Shown here in pieces: positions 50,223 through 59,200 of a stretch of DNA of 64,000 nt. The notes under the pieces were generated by a model. The model made no database searches and was not told the origin of the DNA. It saw nothing but the letters and a program-made list of their open reading frames with translations. Position 1 is the first letter of the stretch, and every line of letters begins with the position of its first letter. A program made the position numbers and the translations under genes. The stretch is from Flavobacteriales bacterium (lineage in GTDB: Bacteria > Bacteroidota > Bacteroidia > Flavobacteriales_F > PHOS-HE28). The stretch lies in the NCBI GenBank assembly GCA_016721825.1, contig JADKHI010000001.1:512314-576313 (forward strand), written 5' to 3'.

Positions 50223-51196
50223 ACCCTGTACGACACATTGGCGTGTTCACCTCTGGCGGCGATGCGCCGGGAATGAACGCTGCCGTGCGTGCCGTGGTGA
50301 GGGCATGCCACTACCACGGTGTTCAGGTAAGCGGGATCATGGGTGGCTATGACGGAATGATCAAAGGTGAGATCCGACCGCTGGGGATCCGCGATGTCAG
50401 CGGCATCATCCAAAGGGGTGGGACCATGCTCCGGTCCGCCCGCAGCGCACGGTTCATGACGGTGGAAGGTCGACAAGAGGCGAAGCGACAACTTGATCAC
50501 GCGGGTATCGATGCGCTCGTGGCCATCGGCGGTGACGGCACGTTCACCGGATCCGAGGTCTTCAGAACAGAACATGGTGTGCCCACGATCGGTCTACCCG
50601 GCACGATCGACAATGACCTTAGCGGCACGGACCTGACCATTGGCTTCGATACGGCCGTGAACATCGCCATGGAAGCGATCGACCGTATCCGCGACACGGC
50701 CTCTTCGCATGATCGCACGTTCTTCGTGGAGGTGATGGGGCGTGACGCTGGCTTCATAGCCTTGCACAGCGCGGTGGCCTCCGGGGCCGAGTACGTCATG
50801 GTACCGGAAAGAGAACAGCACGTTGCCGAACTGGTCCAAGCTCTGCAACAGCAATCCGCCACCAAGTCCTCCAGCATCGTTGTGGTGGCCGAAGGCGATG
50901 AGGAAGGGGGTGCGTTCGCGATCGCTCGTCAGGTGAAGGAACAGTGCCCTGGTCGGGACATCCGCGTTACGATCCTGGGCCATGTGCAACGGGGCGGATC
51001 ACCCACCGTTACGGATCGCATTCTTGCCAGCAGGTTGGGGATCGCGGCCGTTGAAGCGCTGCTGGCCGGAGAACGCGATCAAATGGCCGGCGTGGTCAAT
51101 GGTGAAGTGCTCTTGACGCCCTTCAAGGAGGCCATCGGCAAGCGCAAGGAACTTGGAGGTGAACTGATGCGCGCCCTGTCGATCCTTGCGATCTAG
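50219..51196 (+). CDS. pfkA: ATP-dependent 6-phosphofructokinase
   Basis: GVFTSGGDAPGMNAAVRAVV, AIGGDGTF, LPGTIDNDL, EVMGRDAGF and LGHVQRGG. Confidence 0.95.
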   Translation: MNPVRHIGVFTSGGDAPGMNAAVRAVVRACHYHGVQVSGIMGGYDGMIKGEIRPLGIRDVSGIIQRGGTMLRSARSARFMTVEGRQEAKRQLDHAGIDALVAIGGDGTFTGSEVFRTEHGVPTIGLPGTIDNDLSGTDLTIGFDTAVNIAMEAIDRIRDTASSHDRTFFVEVMGRDAGFIALHSAVASGAEYVMVPEREQHVAELVQALQQQSATKSSSIVVVAEGDEEGGAFAIARQVKEQCPGRDIRVTILGHVQRGGSPTVTDRILASRLGIAAVEALLAGERDQMAGVVNGEVLLTPFKEAIGKRKELGGELMRALSILAI

Positions 51197-51212
51197 GGTC
51201 CGGAAATGAAAA

Positions 51213-51234
51213 GCGGCCCGTGGTCACGGGCCGC
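51213..51234. terminator. Hairpin between convergent pfkA and the giant repeat gene (good intrinsic terminator on the minus strand)
   Basis: GCGGCCCGT-GGTC-ACGGGCCGC forms a 9-bp stem. On the minus strand it is followed by TTTTCATTTCC. Confidence 0.65.
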
Positions 51235-51254
51235 CTCCATCCAACCTGGGCTCA

Positions 51255-53229
51255 TCATTGCCGGATGAGCCTGGTCTGCGCGAGCGGTCTGCCTTCCGCG
51301 TTCAGCGCAATTACGATATAGGTTCCACGAGCCACGTTGTTGAGGTCGATCCGCTGCATCACCGGGGCCTGGAGCACCAACGCACCAGCCACATCAACGA
51401 TCCGGACCGCGCGGACCTGTGCATCAGTGCATGTCACATAGATCTCCTCATCCGCCGGGTTCGGGTAGATCGAAAGACCGCTGGTTTCCGTCACTTCCGG
51501 AATTCCGTTCAATGTCTCGCACGCATCACCGATGCCATTGCCATTGGCGTCCACCTGGTCACTGTTGCTCACCCAGACACAGTTGTCGCAAGCATCGCCC
51601 ACTCCATCTCCGTCAAAGTCGGCTTGATCAGGGTTGAACGCATCCGGGCAGATGTCGTCGCAGCTTACAAGACCATCGCCATCGCTGTCACCATCCGGGA
51701 TAACACCTGTCGTCCCACCTGCGCAGACCCCACATCCGTCGAGCGCGGCGGTCCCTCCCACTACCCCGGCACAATCCACAAGCTGACCCGTGCAGGTGCA
51801 ATCCAGCATCCAGCTATCATTGGCCGTGTTGGAGTCGCCATCATCGCACGCGGTACCAGGCAATGATGTGCCTCCCGGAGTACCTGTGCAATCGATGGTC
51901 GCAGAGCTACCCGCACAGGAGCAGTTGGCCGTCCAGAGGTCGTTGGAAGTGCCTCCATTCCCATCATTGCAGGGTGTGCCCGGAAGCGCGCTGCCTCCAG
52001 GAACACCAAGGCAGTCGAGCAGCACGCCCTGACACTGACAACTGTTTGTCCAAGTGTCACTAGCGGTGTTGGCGTTGCCGTCGTTGCAACTCGTTCCGGG
52101 CAGGGCAGTTCCGTTCGCTACACCCAGGCAGTCGAACACCACTGGCGTTCCGGCGCACTGGCAGCTCGCGTCGTAGATGTCGTTGATCGTGTTCGCGTTG
52201 CCGTCGTTGCAGCCCGTTCCGGGCAGGGCCGTTCCGTTCGCGACACCCAGGCAGTCGAACACCACAGGCGTTCCGGCGCAAGCACAGTTCGCATCGAACA
52301 CGTCGTTGATCGTGTTCGCGTTGCCGTCATCGCAGCTGGTGCCGGGCAGGGCAGTTCCGTTCGCGACACCCAGGCAGTCGAACACCACAGGCGTTCCGGC
52401 GCAAGCACAGTTCGCATCGAACACGTCGTTGATCGTGTTCGCGTTGCCGTCATCGCAGCTGGTGCCGGGCAGGGCCGTTCCGTTCGCGACACCCAGGCAG
52501 TCGAACACCACAGGCGTTCCGGCGCAAGCACAGTTCGCACCATACACGTCGTTGATCGTGTTCGCGTTGCCGTCGTTGCAGCTGGTGCCGGGCAGGGCCG
52601 TTCCGTTCGCGACACCCAGGCAGTCGAACACCACAGGCGTTCCGGCGCAAGCACAGTTCGCACCATACACGTCGTTGATCGTGTTCGCGTTGCCGTCATC
52701 GCAGCTGGTGCCGGGCAGGGCCGTTCCGTTCGCGACACCCAGGCAGTCGAACACCACAGGCGTTCCGGCGCAAGCACAGTTCGCACCATACACGTCGTTG
52801 ATCGTGTTCGCGTTGCCGTCGTTGCAGCTGGTGCCGGGCAGGGCGGTTCCGTTCGCGACGCCCAGGCAGTCGAACACCACGGGCGTTCCGGCGCAAGCAC
52901 AGTTCGCATCGAACAGGTCGTTGATCGTGTTCGCGTTGCCGTCGTTGCAGCTGGTGCCTGGCAAGGCCGTTCCGTTCGCGACACCCAGGCAGTCGAACAC
53001 CACAGGCGTTCCGGCGCAAGCACAGCTCGCATCGAACAGGTCGTTGATGGTGTTCGCGTTGCCGTCATCGCAGCTGGTGCCGGGCAGGGCCGTTCCGTTC
53101 GCGACACCCAGGCAGTCGAACATCACAGGCGTTCCGGCGCAAGCACAGTTCGCACCATACACGTCGTTGATCGTGTTCGCGTTGCCGTCGTTGCAGCTGG
53201 TGCCGGGCAGGGCCGTTCCGTTCGCGACC
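51255..53229 (-). CDS. Giant Cys-rich repeat T9SS cargo protein, C-terminal segment (downstream of a 2-bp frameshift)
   Basis: ORF 51255-53312. From about 53229 downward it reads in the repeat frame (VANGTALPGTSCNDGNANTINDVYGANCACAGTPV x10). It continues with diverged Cys repeats and thrombospondin-type-3-like Asp-rich motifs (DGDSDGDGLVSCDDICPDAFNPDQADFDGDGVGDACDNC), then the CTD (LSIYPNPADEEIYV..GTYIVIAL). Confidence 0.8.
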
Positions 53230-55835
53230 CAGGCAGTCGAACACCACAGGCGTTCCGGCGCAAGCACAGTTCGCACCATACACGTCGTTGATCGTGTTCG
53301 CGTTGCCGTCATCGCAGCTGGTGCCGGGCAGGGCCGTTCCGTTCGCTACACCCAGGCAGTCGAACACCACGAGTGTTCCAGCGCACTGGCAGCTCGCGTC
53401 GTAGAGGTCGTTGATCGTGTTCGTGTTGCCGTCATTGCAGCTGGTGCCGGGCAGGGCCGTTCCGTTCGCGACACCCAGGCAGTCGAACACCACAGGCGTT
53501 CCGGCGCAAGCACAGTTCGCATCGAACACGTCGTTGATCGTGTTCGCGTTGCCGTCATCGCAGCTGGTGCCGGGCAGGGCCGTTCCATTCGCTACACCCA
53601 GGCAGTCGAACACCACGAGTGTTCCAGCGCACTGGCAGCTCGCGTCGTAGAGGTCGTTGATCGTGTTCGCGTTGCCGTCGTTGCAGCTGGTGCCGGGCAG
53701 GGCCGTTCCGTTCGCGACACCCAGGCAGTCGAACACCACAGGCGTTCCGGCGCACTGGCAGGTCGCGTTGTAGATGTCGTTGATCGTGTTCGCGTTGCCG
53801 TCGTTGCAGCTGGTGCCGGGCAGGGCCGTTCCGTTCGCGACACCCAGGCAGTCGAACACCACAGGCGTTCCGGCGCACTGGCAGGTCGCGTTGTAGATGT
53901 CGTTGATCGTGTTCGCGTTGCCGTCGTTGCAGCCCGTTCCGGGCAGGGCCGTTCCGTTCGCGACACCCAGGCAGTCGAACACCACAGGCGTTCCGGCGCA
54001 AGCACAGTTCGCATCGAACACGTCGTTGATCGTGTTCGCGTTGCCGTCGTTGCAGCTGGTGCCGGGCAGGGCCGTTCCGTTCGCGACACCCAGGCAGTCG
54101 AACACCACAGGCGTTCCGGCGCAAGCACAGTTCGCATCGAACAGGTCGTTGATCGTGTTCGCGTTGCCGTCGTTGCAGCTGGTGCCGGGCAGGGCCGTTC
54201 CGTTCGCGACACCCAGGCAGTCGAACACCACGAGCGTTCCAGCGCACTGGCAGCTCGCGTCGTAGAGGTCGTTGATCGTGTTCGCGTTGCCGTCATCGCA
54301 GCTGGTGCCGGGCAGGGCCGTTCCGTTCGCGACACCCAGGCAGTCGAACACCACAGGCGTTCCGGCGCAAGCACAGTTCGCACCATACACGTCGTTGATC
54401 GTGTTCGCGTTGCCGTCATCGCAGCTGGTGCCGGGCAGGGCCGTTCCGTTCGCGACACCCAGGCAGTCGAACACCACAGGCGTTCCGGCGCAAGCACAGT
54501 TCGCACCATACACGTCGTTGATCGTGTTCGCGTTGCCGTCGTTGCAGCTGGTGCCTGACAAAGCCGTTCCGTTCGCGACACCCAGGCAGTCGAACACCAC
54601 AGGCGTTCCGGCGCAAGCACAGCTCGCATCGAACAGGTCGTTGATGGTGTTCGCGTTGCCGTCGTCGCAGCTGGTGCCGGGCAGGGCGGTTCCGTTCGCG
54701 ACGCCCAGGCAGTCGAACACCACGGGGGTTCCGGCGCAAGCACAGCTCGCGTCGTAGAGGTCGTTGATCGTGTTCGCGTTGCCGTCATTGCAGCTCGTTC
54801 CAGGCAGGGCCGATCCGTTCGCCACACCCAGGCAGTCGAACACCACGGGCGTTCCAGTGCAAGCACAGTTCGCGTCGTAGAGGTCGTTGATCGTGTTCGC
54901 GTTGCCGTCGTTGCAGCTGGTGCCGGGCAGGGCCGTTCCGTTCGCGACACCCAGGCAGTCGAACACCACAGGCGTTCCAGCGCACTGGCAGGTCGCGTTG
55001 TAGATGTCATTGATCGTGTTCGCGTTGCCGTCGTCACAGCTGGTGCCGGGCAGGGCCGTTCCGTTCGCGACACCCAGGCAGTCGAACACCACTGGCGTTC
55101 CGGTGCACTGGCAGCTAGCATCGAACAGGTCGTTGATCGTGTTCGCGTTGCCGTCATCGCAGCTGGTGCCGGGCAGGGCCGTTCCGTTCGCGACACCCAG
55201 GCAGTCGAACACCACGAGTGTTCCAGCGCAAGCACAGTTCGCATCGAACACGTCGTTGATCGTGTTCGCGTTGCCGTCGTCGCAGCTCGTGCCGGGCAGG
55301 GCCGTTCCGTTCGCGACACCCAGACAGTCGAACACCACGGGGGTTCCGGCGCAAGCACAGTTCGCATCGAAGAGGTCGTTGATCGTGTTCGCGTTGCCGT
55401 CATCGCAGCTGGTGCCGGGCAGGGCCGTTCCGTTCGCTACACCCAGGCAGTCGAACACTACGGACGTTCCAGCGCACTGGCAGTTCGCGTCATACAGGTC
55501 GTTGATGGTGTTCGCGTTGCCGTCGTTGCAGCTCGTACCGGGCAGGGCGGTTCCGTTCGCGACACCCAGGCAGTCGAACAACACGGGCGTTCCAGTGCAA
55601 GCACAGCTCGCGTCGTAGATGTCGTTGACGGTGTTCGCGTTGCCGTCATTGCAGCTGGTGCCGGGCAGGGCCGTTCCGTTCGCGACACCCAGGCAGTCGA
55701 ACAATACGGGCGTTCCAGTGCAAGCACAGCTCGCGTCGTAGATGTCGTTGACGGTGTTCGCGTTGCCGTCATTGCAGCTCGTTCCAGGCAGGGCCGATCC
55801 GTTCGCCACACCCAGGCAGTCGAAGACCACAGGGG
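52020..55835 (-). repeat. About 31 tandem near-identical 123-bp coding repeats
   Basis: The period of 123 bp (41 codons) was verified by recurring strings such as CCCAGGCAGTCGAACACCAC. Units abut with no spacers. All units lie in one coding frame of the minus strand except for the 2-bp deletion near 53228. Confidence 0.9.
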
Positions 55836-58800
55836 TTCCGGCGCACTGGCAGTTGTTATTCAGCACATCGTTGATCGTCGATGCATTGGAGTCGTCACAG
55901 CTTGAACCGATCTGACCAGCAACGTTTGGGCAATTGTCCTGAACATTGCAGATACCATCACCGTCCGTGTCACCGCTCGCCGTGCCCACGCACTGGCAGC
56001 TCGCGTTCAGCACATCGTTGATCGTGCAGGCGTTCCCATCGTTGCAGGCAGAGCCGATCTGGCCAGCTATCGTAGGGCAGTTGTCCTGAGCGTTGCACAC
56101 ACCGTCGCCATCCGTATCACCACTTGCCGTACCAACGCACTGACAGCTCGCGTTCAGTACATCGTTGATCGTGCAGGCGTTCCCGTCGTTGCAGGCAGAG
56201 CCGATCTGGCCAGCTACCGTAGGGCAGTTGTCCTGAGCGTTGCACACACCGTCGCCATCCGTGTCGCCACTCGCCGTGCCAACGCACTGACAGCTCGCGT
56301 TCAGTACATCGTTGATCGTGCAGGCGTTCCCGTCGTTGCAGGCAGAGCCGATCTGGCCAGCTACCGTAGGGCAGTTGTCCTGAGCGTTGCACACACCGTC
56401 GCCATCCGTGTCGCCACTCGCCGTGCCTACGCACTGACAGCTCGCGTTCAGTACATCGTTGATCGTGCAGGCGTTCCCATCGTTGCAGGCAGACCCGATC
56501 TGGCCAGCTACGTTCGGGCAGTTGTCCTGGGCATTGCACACACCGTCGCCGTCGCTGTCAGGGCTGGTCGTGCCCACGCACTGGCAGCTTGTGTTCAATA
56601 CATCGTTGATCGTGCAGGGGGTGCCATCGTTGCAGGCAGAGCCGATCTGGCCACCTACCGTAGGGCAGTTGTCCTGGGCGTTGCACACACCGTCACCATC
56701 CGTATCACCACTGGCCGTGCCCACGCACTGACAGCTGGCGTTCAGTACATCGTTGATCGTGCAGGCGTTGCCATCGTTGCAGGCAGAGCCGATCTGGCCA
56801 GCTACCGTAGGGCAATTGTCCTGGGCGTTGCACACACCGTCACCATCCGTATCACCACTGGCCGTGCCCACGCACTGACAGCTGGCGTTCAGTACATCGT
56901 TGATCGTGCAGGGGTTGCCATCGTTGCAGGCAGAGCCGATCTGGCCAGCTACCGTAGGGCAGTTGTCCTGGGCGTTGCACACACCGTCACCATCCGTATC
57001 ACCACTGGCCGTGCCCACGCACTGACAGCTGGCGTTCAGTACATCGTTGATCGTGCAGGCGTTGCCATCGTTGCAAGCCGAGCCGATCTGGCCAGAAACG
57101 TTCGGGCAGTTGTCCTGAGCGTTGCACACACCGTCGCCATCCGTATCACCACTCGCCGTGCCCATGCACTGGCAGCTGGCGTTCCACGTATCGTTCGTGG
57201 TACAGGCGTTGCCATCGTTGCAAGCGCTTCCCTGAACAGCCGTACCACCAACCACACCCAGACAATCAGGAGTTGCGCTTCCGGCCGCTGTCGCGATCGC
57301 ACCGAGACTCAGGTTGTAATAACTACCGCTCGAAGTGGTCTGAAGCTTCACAGCCCGGACCATATACTCCTTGCCAGCAATGAAAGGGACCGTTGGACTG
57401 ATGAAAGACGACCCTGTGATCAGCGTGGGAACGACCCGGGACACAACTCCTGTCGTCTGATCGAACTGGTAGATGTAGTAGCCCAAGACCGCATCGGACG
57501 AAGGTGTCCAAGCAAAGGAGGCATTACCGCCACTGTTGGTGACCTGCAATGCCGATGGCGGCGCCACGGCCATCATCCGCAACGCTGGATCCCCCATCAG
57601 ACCGAGGTGCGCCCGGCCATGTGTGGGGCCCTGCCAACCACTGCTCTGCAGCGTGTAAACCGAGCCGTTGTTCATGCTCTGTAGCGCGCTGTAGCCAATA
57701 TGATCGCCCATGCCCATGTGGTGGAACCACCAGTTCGGGATCGCCGACCATACACTGGTGAGGCCTTGTCCGCTCGCCAGCTGAGCACGTAGGAAGTTGT
57801 TGCGGTTATCCCAATCACCGAAATAGCTACCGAAGGACATGTTGAACACGCCTCCCTGGTTCACGGTCGAGCCGTATTCCTCCGTAGTGGCGATGTTGTT
57901 GGCTCCGTTGAACGTGAGCACGTTGTTGTAAACCGCCTGCGAACCGCCGCCGCTACTATAGGTCCAGAGATAGCTCTGGTTGTTCACAAAAGAGGTGTAA
58001 GGAGCGCCGTAGGGATAGCAGTCCGTGATATTCTGGTGACCGACCAGCGCAGCGATGCTCTGGTAACCGGAGCTTGCCAGCGGGTTCGCTACCCATTGCA
58101 GGTTGTCGAACACGATACCACGCGTTTGCGGCACCCATTGTTTGGTCCGGAACCCATGCGCCTTGTCCAGATAGCTGGCCAACAGCTGTGACTCGCTCTG
58201 TGAGAAACTGGGAAGGTCGTAAAGGTCCACGCGGCCGACCTGCAGTTCGAGGCTGGAGGGGTAGTCGCTCTGATCGAACTTACCATCACCCGGCACGTTC
58301 ACATTGAGCGGATAACCTCCAGTGCTATTGACACTGTTGTCCGTCCAGGTGCCGTTCACATCCCCGTAGTACCCATCACACGGCCAGGCCCCTTGATGGG
58401 TGCTGTGGCCGTCCGGGCTGATGTTCCCGGAATAAGGAACAGGCACATGGCCAAGGAGGTAGACGGCCTTGACGTTGGTCGGGTCCGCATTGTAGAAACC
58501 GGTTATGATACTGCGGATGCTACTGACCGATGCCGTGCGGCTCACATCCTGACGGAGCACGGTCCACCCATCGGCCTTCAGGTCCGTCTGCAACTGAGCG
58601 ACCTGGGTCGCGATGGCCGTGGACAAGGTGTTGTCAACAAGCAGGATCAACTTGCCTTGGTACTCCACGGGCTGTACTTCCACCCCAGCGGCGATATAGC
58701 CATATCCAGTGCCACCGGCTGCCGACCGTACGACCTTGTACTCATAGCAGGTACCTACGGCAACGCTATTGTCGGTCCATTGCGTGGCTGATGCAGCAGC

Positions 58801-59016
58801 GGTCGCATAGCTCGAGCCCCAAGCCGTTGCGGCCTTCAGCTTCCGGTAGATGGTGAACCCATTGGTATTCACCAAAGGCGCCCAAGTAAGGGAGATGGAT
58901 GCCGGGTTGCTCTGTACCGTGGCGGACACCTGAACGGCACCGATCACCGACGGCGATTGCGCGCCCAGCAGTGTGGCAAGAGAGATGGCAACGATCGTTA
59001 TGAACGTGCGGAACAT
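53065..59016 (-). CDS. Giant Cys-rich repeat T9SS cargo protein, N-terminal segment (reads out of frame after about 53229)
   Basis: ORF 53065-59067, with the start moved to ATG 59016 (MFRTFITIVAISLATLLGAQSP). It has an Fn3-like region, a ~450-aa globular domain and a second Fn3-like region. These are followed by 9 x 49-aa repeats (TASGDTDGDGVCNAQDNCPTVAGQIGSACNDGNACTINDVLNASCQCVG) and 21 x 41-aa repeats (FDCLGVANGTALPGTSCNDGNANTIND....C.C.GTPVV). The last 55 codons (RERNGPARHQLQ..) are a frameshifted reading of the repeat. Confidence 0.8.
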   Translation of the reverse strand: MFRTFITIVAISLATLLGAQSPSVIGAVQVSATVQSNPASISLTWAPLVNTNGFTIYRKLKAATAWGSSYATAAASATQWTDNSVAVGTCYEYKVVRSAAGGTGYGYIAAGVEVQPVEYQGKLILLVDNTLSTAIATQVAQLQTDLKADGWTVLRQDVSRTASVSSIRSIITGFYNADPTNVKAVYLLGHVPVPYSGNISPDGHSTHQGAWPCDGYYGDVNGTWTDNSVNSTGGYPLNVNVPGDGKFDQSDYPSSLELQVGRVDLYDLPSFSQSESQLLASYLDKAHGFRTKQWVPQTRGIVFDNLQWVANPLASSGYQSIAALVGHQNITDCYPYGAPYTSFVNNQSYLWTYSSGGGSQAVYNNVLTFNGANNIATTEEYGSTVNQGGVFNMSFGSYFGDWDNRNNFLRAQLASGQGLTSVWSAIPNWWFHHMGMGDHIGYSALQSMNNGSVYTLQSSGWQGPTHGRAHLGLMGDPALRMMAVAPPSALQVTNSGGNASFAWTPSSDAVLGYYIYQFDQTTGVVSRVVPTLITGSSFISPTVPFIAGKEYMVRAVKLQTTSSGSYYNLSLGAIATAAGSATPDCLGVVGGTAVQGSACNDGNACTTNDTWNASCQCMGTASGDTDGDGVCNAQDNCPNVSGQIGSACNDGNACTINDVLNASCQCVGTASGDTDGDGVCNAQDNCPTVAGQIGSACNDGNPCTINDVLNASCQCVGTASGDTDGDGVCNAQDNCPTVAGQIGSACNDGNACTINDVLNASCQCVGTASGDTDGDGVCNAQDNCPTVGGQIGSACNDGTPCTINDVLNTSCQCVGTTSPDSDGDGVCNAQDNCPNVAGQIGSACNDGNACTINDVLNASCQCVGTASGDTDGDGVCNAQDNCPTVAGQIGSACNDGNACTINDVLNASCQCVGTASGDTDGDGVCNAQDNCPTVAGQIGSACNDGNACTINDVLNASCQCVGTASGDTDGDGVCNAQDNCPTIAGQIGSACNDGNACTINDVLNASCQCVGTASGDTDGDGICNVQDNCPNVAGQIGSSCDDSNASTINDVLNNNCQCAGTPVVFDCLGVANGSALPGTSCNDGNANTVNDIYDASCACTGTPVLFDCLGVANGTALPGTSCNDGNANTVNDIYDASCACTGTPVLFDCLGVANGTALPGTSCNDGNANTINDLYDANCQCAGTSVVFDCLGVANGTALPGTSCDDGNANTINDLFDANCACAGTPVVFDCLGVANGTALPGTSCDDGNANTINDVFDANCACAGTLVVFDCLGVANGTALPGTSCDDGNANTINDLFDASCQCTGTPVVFDCLGVANGTALPGTSCDDGNANTINDIYNATCQCAGTPVVFDCLGVANGTALPGTSCNDGNANTINDLYDANCACTGTPVVFDCLGVANGSALPGTSCNDGNANTINDLYDASCACAGTPVVFDCLGVANGTALPGTSCDDGNANTINDLFDASCACAGTPVVFDCLGVANGTALSGTSCNDGNANTINDVYGANCACAGTPVVFDCLGVANGTALPGTSCDDGNANTINDVYGANCACAGTPVVFDCLGVANGTALPGTSCDDGNANTINDLYDASCQCAGTLVVFDCLGVANGTALPGTSCNDGNANTINDLFDANCACAGTPVVFDCLGVANGTALPGTSCNDGNANTINDVFDANCACAGTPVVFDCLGVANGTALPGTGCNDGNANTINDIYNATCQCAGTPVVFDCLGVANGTALPGTSCNDGNANTINDIYNATCQCAGTPVVFDCLGVANGTALPGTSCNDGNANTINDLYDASCQCAGTLVVFDCLGVANGTALPGTSCDDGNANTINDVFDANCACAGTPVVFDCLGVANGTALPGTSCNDGNTNTINDLYDASCQCAGTLVVFDCLGVANGTALPGTSCDDGNANTINDVYGANCACAGTPVVFDCLGRERNGPARHQLQRRQREHDQRRVWCELCLRRNACDVRLPGCRERNGPARHQLR
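55836..57160 (-). repeat. 9 tandem near-identical 147-bp coding repeats
   Basis: The period is 147 bp (for example, GCACTGACAGCTCGCGTTCAGTAC starts at 56137 and again at 56284). Each unit encodes a TSP3-like DTDGDGVCNAQDNCP motif plus a 4-Cys module. Confidence 0.9.
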
Positions 59017-59200
59017 GGCAGGCAGGATTGGATGGAACATCCTGACCCATGCACAACACGGCGGCAATTCCGTGGCCTCGATCGTTCCTTGCGGTCGGAC
59101 CGAGGCGGTCCATGGGCAGGCCAGCCTTATACCGCAAGAACAACCTGTTGGGTTTCGATCCGCGCACGAAGCGGGACCGATCGCGAAAGGGCGACGTGAG

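Noticed and set aside
52118-55403. Very long ORFs in other frames and on the opposite strand across the repeat arrays (52177-54558 +, 793 aa; 53592-55403 -, 603 aa; 52118-53107 -, 329 aa; many shorter ones).
   Set aside because: They are periodic translations of the same 123-bp unit in non-coding frames (for example RTERPCPAPAA.TATRTRSTT repeated). They are open only because the unit happens to lack stops in those frames. They have no start context, no signal peptide and no termini. The frame giving the Cys-rich module is continuous with a signal peptide and a T9SS sorting domain.
52020-57160. Whether the regular tandem arrays could be a CRISPR array.
   Set aside because: The units abut directly with no unique spacers. 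They are 123 and 147 bp long (multiples of 3) and lie in one long coding frame. No cas genes are present.
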